From the NCBI GenBank assembly GCA_964291675.2, contig OZ219866.1:1568001-1632000 (forward strand): DNA of 64,000 nucleotides, written 5' to 3'. Of the stretch, positions 29,914-39,600 are shown one piece after another. This DNA comes from Alphaproteobacteria bacterium (GTDB lineage Bacteria > Pseudomonadota > Alphaproteobacteria > MPNO01). Numbering within the stretch: the stretch's first letter is position 1; the number at the start of each line of letters is the position of its first letter. The position numbers were made by a program, and so were the translations under genes. Under the pieces are notes generated by a model. It did not search any database. It saw only the letters and a list, made by a program, of their open reading frames with translations, and was not told the origin of the DNA.

Positions 29914-30174
29914 TCACTCCTGCCCCTCCCGCAGGCGCCTCTCCTCTAGGAGGTCGTCGATTGCCGTCGCCGCCTCCATCCGGGTCCGCACGGGCGGAAC
30001 GGTCCTATCGGTCTCGTCGGCAAGGTGACCGAGAAACAGGAGTTGCCGCTTCGTCGGCGGTTCGTGGATGAGCGCGTCGCGATTGCGGCGGCGCTCGAAC
30101 CAGCAGCCGAGCAGGAACGCGAAGCAGGTCCAGGCCGCCGCCGCGGCGAGCAGAATCAGCAGATCAGCATCCAT
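29914..30174 (-). CDS. Small membrane-anchored protein
   Basis: N-terminal TM; PPTKRQL...TRMEA...ID. Confidence 0.6.
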   Translation of the reverse strand: MDADLLILLAAAAAWTCFAFLLGCWFERRRNRDALIHEPPTKRQLLFLGHLADETDRTVPPVRTRMEAATAIDDLLEERRLREGQE

Positions 30175-30851
30175 CGTCGTTCCTTCGATCCCGATGGCCT
30201 CCAGAGAATACCGATTCCTTCAATGCATTTGCGGTCGAGGACCGTTGGGACGGCGTGTCGTCTCTCCGTTCGCCTCGATGGGGGTCCAGGTCTCATGCCG
30301 CGGCGATCGTTCGAGGTGCGCGCGCCGAATGGAGGTTGGCGCCGTCGATGAAGAGCGCAATGCGCTCGCCGGGATGACTATCCATTGTTCTTCAATATCC
30401 CTGGCCGCCCCGGTGGGCGGAAAATCGAATGGCACACCGATAATGCTCTGCCGGGCAATCCCCCGGGCGACGGCTCGACCGAAATGGAGAAACGTCGTGT
30501 CGACCGTGAGGCGGCCGACCGGGCCATTGCAGCGCCTGCGCCCGTGCACTGTCAACCGCGCCGTGCCGGCGCGCAAGACCTCCGCCTGACAGGCCACCGA
30601 AGGAGCTGAATCGCCGCCCTCCGCCGCTTGACCCCCACGCCGCCGGCTCGCTGAATAGCATGTAACGGCCGGCCTGCCGCCCCCTCATCGCCTGCCGTCA
30701 CGCGGACCCGTGCTGCTTCGCCGCCGGCCGGCGGTTCGCCGGCAGGAGGTGGAGTCCCGGCCGGAAGCCGGGCGGCGGATGGCATCTCGGAGGGGGTGCC
30801 GCCGCCGTTCCCCGACACCGGCAAATGGAGGCGGCACGATGAGCGCGGCAA

Positions 30852-31580
30852 TGGCGATACCCGGCAATACGGCGGATACATTCCTGGTGCATTTCTTCGG
30901 CACCGGCCTGGCCGACGAGCGGTACGTGGAGGAGAAGTTTCATGCGCGCGCGGACGGCGATATCGTTCCCGTCCCCGTTGCTCCCACCGGCGCGAAGGGG
31001 CGCCGCGAGGCCAAGCACGCGGTCGTCTCTCGCGCGGGCAGGCCGAGGCGATGCGTCCCGGCCGCACGGAGATCATCGTCTGCACGGGGCTCAGCACCCG
31101 CGGCGGCAGGCAGGCACCCGCGAGGTCTGGGACGCCGACGACGCGATCGCCGCCGTCGCTGGGTCCTTCCGCATTCTGGCCCAGGGTGTCGCGCAGGACG
31201 GGTTCCAGATCGCCGACGAGCGCGAGAGCCGGCTGTGGGGCTTCGTCAAGCTGCGGCAGTATCCGGGGGCGAACCGGCCGCGGCTGGCAATCGACACGGC
31301 GTCGGCGGTCTGGCGTCCCGGCCCGGTGGAGGGTTCGGAACTGCTGGCGCTCTACCGCGACCCGGCGCCCGGCGAGGGCCACGCCGGGTTGGCCCGGATG
31401 GCGCCGGGTTGCGGCTGGGGCCGGGATCTCCGCCCGGGCGGCGAGGAGGTGTTCGTCGTCGAGGGCGTGCTGGAGGACGAGCATGGCCAGCACGGGATGG
31501 GCAGTTGGCTCCGCCACTGGCGGGGCGGCGCGCATCGCTGGCATTCGCCCGAGGGATGCCTTCTCTATGTGAAGCAGTGA
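30852..31580 (+). pseudogene. Mosaic: paralog of 46030..46383, then DUF2493 N-terminal piece, then ChrR-like cupin C-terminus
   Basis: FLVHFFGTGLADERYVEEKF; REVWDADDAI...ERESRLWGFV; KLRQ...GGEEVFVVEG...GSWLR...GCLLYVK. Confidence 0.65.
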
Positions 31581-31979
31581 CATCTTGGCCGATACGACGA
31601 AGGATGCCGGGCGCCTACGTCGAGCCGGAAGACGATCTCGGGACGGGGCCGGGTAGGAACCGGATCGATGGGCGCCACGGGGATCGGCCTGAACCGGGAA
31701 ACAATCGCCGCGCGCGATCCTGAGCGGTCTTGACGGTGGTCCGGCGACACGTGCTGCGCTTCCACAACTCGGCGCCGATCGAGGCGAGTCTGCATCGCTA
31801 TGGGCCGCTCAAAGGGGTAGGCGGTGGATCGCCTGGACCGGATCGCACAGACGCTCGACCGCCGGAACGAGAAGCAGGACGTTCTCGACGACCGTTCCGC
31901 GGACGGCGACCGGCGCGCGTCGACCGACCGGGTGCCGAAGGCCACACGGCAGCGCTCCATGCGTCTCTGACCCATCTTC

Positions 31980-32220
31980 AACAGTAGATCCCGGATTTGA
32001 GGTTGGCCGGGTTGGCTAAGTCGTTGAAGCAGCGGGGTATTGGGATCCGGTTTTCCGACGTCTGAAAATGGTGTAGTGGAACATTTTGTGGACTTGCTCA
32101 GGTTTCTCTTGATTTTGGGCTTGTCCGGCGAGACAACGCTTCGATGTTCGTCCGCGAAAAGGTCGCCTGGGGGCACCGCTACCTTTGCCTCGTCGAGAGC
32201 GTCCGCGAGGGTCAGCGGGT
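31980..32220 (+). pseudogene. IS1634-like left end and transposase N-terminal fragment
   Basis: MFVREKVAWGHRYLCLVESVREGQRV. Confidence 0.6.
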
Positions 32221-32422
32221 AGGCTTCGGCGGCATGATCGCGCAGCGTCTCGAAGGCGTCGCGCCGGTCGCCGAGATTGCGCGCCCGGTCCGTCAGGGTC
32301 TCGAGCTCGTGCGCCTTCACCTCGCTGCCATTCTGCGCTTTCTCCAGGTCGCGCATCTCCGGGACGATGCGGTCGACGGTCCGGTCGAGGCGGCGCACCC
32401 GGGCGTCGAGGCAGTTGACGAC
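32218..32422 (-). pseudogene. DUF2493 protein internal fragment
   Basis: VNCLDARVRRLDRTVDRIVPEMRDLE...DHAAEAY nearly identical to 42285-42485. Confidence 0.8.
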
Positions 32423-32672
32423 ATGCTCACGACCTACGCCACACTTACGCGATTGAAGGATCATTAGTACGTGAGGGATTGCGGATGCATGGTAAGCTAG
32501 GGCCACAATCACCTACAGCAATCGCAAGGTACGCTCTTCTCGTCAAAGATCTCCCAAATTCGGTTGCCAGCCGAACCGTATCTCGGACTACCCAAGTTGT
32601 AGGATGAGCCAGGCGGAACTGTCCGTACCGAGACCTGTCGGTATGAAAACCACCCGAAACGGGTAAGGACAC

Positions 32673-33470
32673 ATGAAGGACCTTTCATTCCAGCCGTATC
32701 GGGAGACCGTATGCTGCTTATGTGGCTCGTCCGATCGCCTCACGGGCGAGCACAAAATCAAGGCATCAGCGCTGCGGCGGGAGTTTGCGGGTGAAGACAT
32801 GGTACTTGGGAACTTCAGTTTCGACGAGACAGGCCACGGGAAATATGTCCAAAGTTATAGGTCCAAGGTCCTCCACTTTTCATCACGAATGTGCTCGGTC
32901 TGTAACGGCTCACGAACGCAACCCGCGGACTTGGAGTTTGATCGTCTTCATTCGTTGGCAAGTCGACACATAATGAACGGTGAAGAGCCGGAGCTTGCGA
33001 TTATCAGTGATCGCTACGTCGAGGGCTCAGTCCCCTACCTTAATGTCTTTCGATTCTTTGCGAAGTTGCTCTGCTGTCAGCTAGCCGAAGTAAGGGCACC
33101 ACGTCCAGTTCATATGTCGAACTTTGCAATCGGAAAAAATGACCGGAACTGCATTTGGCTACGCATCGGTCATGATTGGACGTATCAGCAGTTCGAGCGT
33201 CACATCGGTCAGCACCCATATGCTGCACATGGTGGTTTGGCCGTATATGCGAACCGACGGAATAACAGTCCCAAGGCCTTTCATTCTACCTTAACGATTG
33301 GAACGTTGCAGTATGTGTTTTTCTTTCGCCTGACTTGGTACGAGAGGTTCGCACTTAGTACTAACCACAAAGAGTTCTATGTCTGGTGTCGAGACCGTGC
33401 GGCTGAAGGAACGACTGCTCCGACATCGAGTATTACGCAACTCAGGCTCGGCGTGGTAACCGATGACTGA
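32673..33470 (+). CDS. Hypothetical protein with an HNH-like zinc-binding N-terminus
   Basis: CCLCG...GEHKI...CSVCN; lower GC. Confidence 0.65.
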   Translation: MKDLSFQPYRETVCCLCGSSDRLTGEHKIKASALRREFAGEDMVLGNFSFDETGHGKYVQSYRSKVLHFSSRMCSVCNGSRTQPADLEFDRLHSLASRHIMNGEEPELAIISDRYVEGSVPYLNVFRFFAKLLCCQLAEVRAPRPVHMSNFAIGKNDRNCIWLRIGHDWTYQQFERHIGQHPYAAHGGLAVYANRRNNSPKAFHSTLTIGTLQYVFFFRLTWYERFALSTNHKEFYVWCRDRAAEGTTAPTSSITQLRLGVVTDD

Positions 33471-35883
33471 TTTTTTTGGGCGAATGAAGACTCCGGAAGT
33501 GCGCATCCCGGTCAATCGGTTGGCCCTTCTTCACTTCGTTGCCGTTGTGACGTTGCTCGGGACAATCGGAACATTCGGGACGCAGCAAGCGTGGGCTCAA
33601 CTGCCGACAATGCAAGAGGCACTGTCTGCGTACCAGTTGCATATCCGCGGCAAAGCGGTCCAGGTGATTCGAATGCACGCGGAGCAGGGCAACGCCGTCG
33701 CGCAGTTCACTCTCGGGCAGATGTACGTCGACGATACTGGACGCGTAAGCGTCCACTTGGGCCTCGGCGTCTCCGAAGACGACGCCGAGGCCGCGCGGTG
33801 GTTGCGCCGCGCGGCCGATCAGGGCCACGCGGGCGCGCGGATGAGGCTTGGGGTCATGTACGCCCGTGGCGAGGGTGTGCCGAAGGACGACGGCCAGGCA
33901 ATTCAGTGGCTCCGCCTCGCGGCCGATCAGGGTAACGATATTGCGGAACGCTACCTCAAGAACATATCAGAGACCGGTAGCCTTTCAGGAGAGTACCAGC
34001 CCAAGTTCTTCTCCTTTGGCCCCCCGATCATCGATACGGAGACGATCCGCGAGGTATGGGAGGCACTTACTCGCGACGGCCTAGCCTCGGCACGCAAGGC
34101 ATTTCAAATGCACGGGGAGCAGGGCAACGCGGTCGCTCAATACCATCTCGGGTTCATGCATGCGCATGGCGTGGGTGGTCCCGAGGACGATGCCGAGGCG
34201 GTCCGGTGGTATCGGCTCTCCGCCGAGCAAGGCAACTCCGACGCGCAGTCTAATCTCGCGCTCATGTATGCCCGGGGCGAGGGTGTCCCGGAAAACGACG
34301 CGCAGGCGATGCGATTGGCCCGCCTTGGCGTCGAGCAGGGGAACGCCGTGGCGCAGTTCGCTCTCGGATACCTGTATGCCCATGGCAAAGGTGTTCCCCA
34401 AGACGATGCCGAGGCGGCCCGATGGTTCCGCCTCGGTGCCGAGCAGGGCTACGCCGAAGCGCAGTTCAATCTGGGGCTCATGTACGACAAGGGCGAAGGC
34501 GTGCCGGAGGACGACACGGAAGCATCTCGGTGGTATCGGCTTGCCGGCGACCGGTACCACCCCGACACACAGCTCAAGCTTGGGCTCATGTACCTCAGGG
34601 GTGAGGGCGTGCCTCAGGATGATGATAAAGCGAGATTCTGGATCGGCGAAGCGGTCCAGCAGGGCCACGCCGAGGCGCAGTTCACTGTTGGGCTCATGTA
34701 CGACATTGGCGACGCTCTGCCCGAGAACGACGCCGAAGCGGTGCGCGCATATCGCCTCGCCGCCGAACAGGGCCACGTCCACGCACAGTTCAACTTGGGG
34801 GTCATGTACGATGACGGAGAGGGTGCCCCCGAGGACGACGTCGAGGCGGCCCGTTGGTATCGCCTGGCTGCTGAACAGGGCCATGTCAGCGCGCAATACA
34901 GCATCGGCTTTATGTATGACAACGGTATAGGGGTTCGACAGAACCGAGCGGAAGCAGCCATGTGGTATCAGCAAGCTGCTGAGCAGGAGCATGTCACTGC
35001 CCAAACCAGACTTGGCGACATGTTTTATTTCGGCACTGGCGTCAGGAAGGACTACGCAAGAGCGAAACAATGGTACGGGCGGGGCGCCGAACAGAAACAC
35101 GGCCACGCCCTATTCGGTCTAGGTAGATTATACGAATTTGGCAAGGGTGTTCCGCAAGACCACGCCGAAGCCGTAAAGTGGTACCGGCGAGCCGCCAAAC
35201 AAGGCCACGTGACCTCGCAAAACGCTCTCGGCCTGATGTACAAAATTGGTAAAGGTGTTCCACAGGATTTTGAAGTGGCAGTGAAGTGGTATCGAAAAGC
35301 AGCCCAAAAGGGGGATGCTAGCGCTCAATCCAGACTAGGAGCGATGTACTACTTTGGCGAAGGAGTTCCACAGAACTACAAAAACGCGCTGAAGTGGAGC
35401 CGACTTGGTGCTGCACAGAACGACCCATCGGGGATGATTACATTAGGCTGGATGCATGAATACGGAGAGGGGATTTCGCAAGATCTTGTACAAGCGCACA
35501 TGTGGTACAATCTTGCATCCGCACACCAAGTGTATCATGACCTTGCTGCGGAATCCAGGAACCGTGTCGCGATGCGGATGACATCGGCAGAGGTTGTGCG
35601 AGCACAGCGATTGGCGCGGAATTGGAAACCTCGATCGGATCAGAACGCAGATTCCTCGGAAACTAGCTCGGCTGGAGCAGGCACCGTGCTTGCAGTGCAA
35701 CGGGCTCTCAAGAAACTCCATTATGATCCTGGTCCTGCCGATGGAATACTGGGCATCAAGACTCGTGCTGCCATTCGTGCTTTCCAGTCGGCATCGGGCC
35801 TCCCGTCGGACGGAAGGATGTCGCCTGAACTGTATCTGAAGATCCTGTCCGCGCTTACGGCCGCCGGACAAAGGTTGAGATAG
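33463..35883 (+). CDS. Sel1-like repeat protein with C-terminal peptidoglycan-binding domain
   Basis: More than 12 AQF.LG.MY..G.GV..D..EA..WYR.AAEQG repeats; VQRALKKLHYDPGPADGILGIKTRAAIRAFQ. Confidence 0.95.
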   Translation: MTDFFGRMKTPEVRIPVNRLALLHFVAVVTLLGTIGTFGTQQAWAQLPTMQEALSAYQLHIRGKAVQVIRMHAEQGNAVAQFTLGQMYVDDTGRVSVHLGLGVSEDDAEAARWLRRAADQGHAGARMRLGVMYARGEGVPKDDGQAIQWLRLAADQGNDIAERYLKNISETGSLSGEYQPKFFSFGPPIIDTETIREVWEALTRDGLASARKAFQMHGEQGNAVAQYHLGFMHAHGVGGPEDDAEAVRWYRLSAEQGNSDAQSNLALMYARGEGVPENDAQAMRLARLGVEQGNAVAQFALGYLYAHGKGVPQDDAEAARWFRLGAEQGYAEAQFNLGLMYDKGEGVPEDDTEASRWYRLAGDRYHPDTQLKLGLMYLRGEGVPQDDDKARFWIGEAVQQGHAEAQFTVGLMYDIGDALPENDAEAVRAYRLAAEQGHVHAQFNLGVMYDDGEGAPEDDVEAARWYRLAAEQGHVSAQYSIGFMYDNGIGVRQNRAEAAMWYQQAAEQEHVTAQTRLGDMFYFGTGVRKDYARAKQWYGRGAEQKHGHALFGLGRLYEFGKGVPQDHAEAVKWYRRAAKQGHVTSQNALGLMYKIGKGVPQDFEVAVKWYRKAAQKGDASAQSRLGAMYYFGEGVPQNYKNALKWSRLGAAQNDPSGMITLGWMHEYGEGISQDLVQAHMWYNLASAHQVYHDLAAESRNRVAMRMTSAEVVRAQRLARNWKPRSDQNADSSETSSAGAGTVLAVQRALKKLHYDPGPADGILGIKTRAAIRAFQSASGLPSDGRMSPELYLKILSALTAAGQRLR

Positions 35884-35887
35884 AGCC

Positions 35888-36169
35888 ATGACAACCAGGT
35901 ATTGGAGGATTTGTGGATACCACAGTGGAAGCAAGATATTCGAGACCCATGTTCCCGTAGGATGCTTTTGCGAGCGACAAGTGAAGGAACTGTTGAAAGT
36001 ACTTGCTGCGAAAGCTGACTTGACATTGGATGAGATCGTCGGCGCATACGCGAGAATGAATACTACGTACTCTAATGACTTGCTTCTGGTGCAGAAAGAT
36101 AAACCTCATCCAGTGTATATGTGCGGAGACAATCCATATTTTATCGCTGGAGTTATCGAGAGCGAATAG
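35888..36169 (+). CDS. Hypothetical protein
   Basis: 93-aa ORF 4 bp after the Sel1 stop. Confidence 0.6.
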   Translation: MTTRYWRICGYHSGSKIFETHVPVGCFCERQVKELLKVLAAKADLTLDEIVGAYARMNTTYSNDLLLVQKDKPHPVYMCGDNPYFIAGVIESE

Positions 36170-36246
36170 GCGACGGGGTAGGGAAGGGTCGTCGAGGATC
36201 ACCTGTTCTCGCGAACCAGACGCTCGTTGCACTCCAGCCGACCCGG

Positions 36247-36643
36247 CTACGAACGCAGATCCCGGGGATGCCAGTCGAGAGCGCGGGCGAGCCGGTCGAG
36301 ATTCCGCACGTGCCTGTCGGCGGCCTTGAGCCAGTTCCGCACGCGGTCGCGCGCCAGGACGTGCGCCCGGTAACGGTCGACGACGGCCTGGAGACACTGG
36401 CGCGGTTCGGTCGGGACTCGCTCGTTCTCAGCGAACGCCGCGATGCGCCGGACGAGATCGGCCGCCCCGTCGAGATCGTAGGGGGAGACCCGCCAGCGCC
36501 CCATGCATCTCTGAAGCGGCCGCGCGGCTTCGAAGCCGGCGGGCGCGGGCATCGGACAGCGGGGTCCCGCAGTTGATCCGCACGGCGTCCCCGTGCGCCT
36601 CCGCACCGCCTAGGGCCGCACCGAGCGCGGGCCGGTGGCTCAT
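36247..36643 (-). pseudogene. Degraded ORF repeating the TraA C-terminal domain
   Basis: YDLDGAADLVRRIAAF...YRAHVLARDRVRNWLKAADRH resembles FELDGAGALVERFAAF...YRAHAAARDRVRGFLRDADRH. Confidence 0.6.
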
Positions 36644-36679
36644 GTTCAGGACGCCCGGGCTGGCTCTCTTCGGGGCCGC

Positions 36680-39600
36680 TCAAAGCCTCTGTGAGCGCCC
36701 CCTGTCGCGGGACCGGGACTGCGTGCGGTACGCCGAGGAGAATCGCTCCATCCTGGAGACCTCTGTCCCCAGGCGCTCGCGCCCGTCTTCGATGCGGTCG
36801 ATATGCGCGCCGTAGGTCGCGGGGTCGTCGAGGATCGCGCGGCCCTCCCGCAGCAGGCGTTCGTTGCGCTCCAGCCAGATCGGCCAGGAGCGCTGCTCCT
36901 GCCGCGGGATGTCGAGGTTGCGGGCGCGCAGGGAGATGGCGCGGTAGCGCAGCCAGTGGCGGTCCGCGTCGCGCAGGAAGCCGCGCACCCGGTCGCGCGC
37001 CGCGGCGTGCGCCCTGTACTGCCCGACGATCTCCCCGAGACGCGCGCGCGTCTCGGCGGCAAGCGCCTCGCTGCCGGTGAAGGCGGCGAAGCGCTCGACC
37101 AGCGCGCCGGCGCCGTCGAGCTCGAAGCGATGCTCGTCCTGCCTCCCGGCCCGGAGGAGGTGTGCGCGCCAGTCGCGCCGGAGCTGGCGATAGGCCGCGT
37201 ACGAAAGGTCCGGCCCGGGCGCCTCGCTCCGTGGGGGCTCCGGGGCCGCGGGCCGGACCGGGGCGGTCTTGTTGCCGGTATCCCGTCTCGTCTGCGCGGC
37301 GGGCGGGTCGGGAGGGACGGTCTCCGCGGCGGATGCGGTCTGCCGTGCGGGCTCGGGAGCCGGTTCAGCGTCCCGCCGCGCCTGCTCGCTCGCTCCCTCC
37401 GTGTTCTGCCGTGCGTGCGCGGCCCTGGCGGCGGCGGAGCGCAGGTAGCTGCCGGCGCGGGCATGCACCTCGCGCAGCTCCCGCAGCTCGCCGTCGCCGA
37501 TCCCGGCGCGCTCCGAGAGAAGCCGCTCAAAGGTCCGGGGCCGGGCCGTGAAGGACGCGGCCTGCTTCATCAGCGCGCCGTGGCGGTCGAGGGTCTCGCG
37601 GAAGGCGGGGCTGAGCGCCACCGCCTCGCCTTCGTCCCGGACGCGCGCGCGCAGCGCGTCCCAGGCCGCCATGACCTCGCCGCGCTCGGCCGCGAAGGCG
37701 TCCACAGCGGCGCCATGGCGCCAGCCGTTCACCGCATGGCGGATGTCCTGGGAGATGCGCGCCAGCGCGTTGTCGTTCGCAGCGGCGTGGGCCTCGGCCG
37801 CTTCCCGCCGGCCCATGCCGGGTCCGTCATGCGGTCTTCCGTTGGACCGGCTGCCGCCGTTTCCAATGCCGGCCCGCGCAGCTTCGCCCGCATCCCGCCA
37901 GGCGCCGTCGGTAACGTAGTCGAGCGCCGCCTCCTTCGGCTGCGAGCGCGACCAGCGCTCGGCCAGGTACGCCCGCACGTCCGAGTCCGTCACTGGCATG
38001 TCCGCCTGGTCCTCGGTTCGATGTTCGGCGATATCGAAGGCGAGCGGAGACCGGTTGACGTAGACGTCGAGCGCCTCGCGGTGACGTGTCGCCGCCGGAT
38101 AGATCGTCTCGCGCGCCGGCCGGTCGTCCGCCAGCAGGAAGGCGCGGTCGACCGTCAGCCCCTGTGCCGAGGCGACGGTCATGGCGTAGCCGTAGTCGAG
38201 GCGGATGTTGTCGTGCCAGTCGCGGATCTCGTCGTGCCGGAAGGCGACGCGCCGCCCGTCGTCGGTGCGCGCGGTGATGAGTACCGACAGCTCGGACTCG
38301 GCGCCGCCCATGTCGGCCTCCGGCGCCCGCCCGGGGCGCCCGCCGGCCAGCCGGTTCCGGGCCTTGCGCGACACCGCCGCGCCTTCCCCGCGCCTGACTT
38401 CGAGGTCCTCCACCGTGACCACGGTGCCGTTGAAGAGCTGCTTCTCCCACTGCGTGGCGCCGATGCGGATGCGGTCGCCGACCGCGATCTCCAGCGGCTC
38501 CGTCAATCGCCCGTCCAGGTCCCGGCTGACCTCGATGACCGCGCGCTTCGCCTCGGGCGTCCGCGCCAGCACGCGCTCGCGCATCAGCCACGACAGCGCC
38601 CGACCCTCGGCCTTCGTGCGCGCGAGCACCACGGTCGAGGAGCCGGGGTCGTCCTTCACATGCCACTCCCAGTCGTCCACCAGCCTGGTCAGCGTCTTCT
38701 CCTCGTCGTGGCAGAGATGGAGCCGTCCCCTGATCCGCCACGCCTCGATGGCCTTCTCCGCCTCGCCGTCCCTCAGCGCCTCGGAGACATCCACCTGCCA
38801 CGGCGTGAACACCGGCTTCCTCTCCATCGCCTCGTAGTCGGCCATGATGGCGTTGCGTTCCCGCGGCGGCGTGAGCGCCGCCTGGAACTGCGCCTGCTCC
38901 GGCGTCTCCCCGTGAACATGGACCAGCACGTCCTCGAGGTCCGCCTTCTGGCGCCGGATGCGGTCGACGCGGATGCTGCCCGCCACGTCCCGGATCAGCC
39001 GCAGCCCCGGACCGGCTTCGACCGGCTGCTGCTGACGCGTGTCGCCGGCGAACACCACCTTGGCGCCGTGGCGCTCGGAGAGCTGGAGGATGTGATGCGC
39101 CTGGCGGGTCGACAGCATCCCCGCCTCGTCCACCACGATCAGCGTGTTGCGGCCGATCTCCACCTGTCCCTTCGCGGCGAGCTTCAGCAGCTTGTCGACG
39201 CAGAAGGCGCGCGCGTCGCAGTCGTCGCCCAGAGCCACCGCCGTCCGCCAGGCCACGGCCGTCGGCACGATCTCGTAGCCGTGCTCCCTGTGAAGATCGG
39301 TGATGGGCCTGAGCGTGGTGGTCTTGCCCGAGCCCGCCGCGCCCTCGATCACGGCGACCCGACCGGCCCGCACGGTGGCATGGCGGATCGCCAGCGACTG
39401 CTCCTGGCTCAGCGGATAGCCCTCCTCCAGCAAGGTTTCCACCTTCTCCTTGACCGCCTCTTCCGGCAGGCCGTGGTCGGTGTCCGCGGCCATGGCCGCC
39501 GTCATGTCCTTGACCGCCTGCTCTAGCCCGAGATTGTGGCGGGTGGAATAGACCTCGGTGTGGGCCATCCCCGCGCGGGACTCCGCCGTCGGCTTCTTTG

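Noticed and set aside
33463-35883. DNA-level ~108-bp periodic repeat array
   Set aside because: Explained by Sel1 protein repeats
36803-39526. 907-aa plus-strand ORF and other long shadow ORFs (e.g. 20436..21818, 26851..28326, 43059..44639)
   Set aside because: Antisense shadows of real genes in high-GC DNA, with no recognisable motifs
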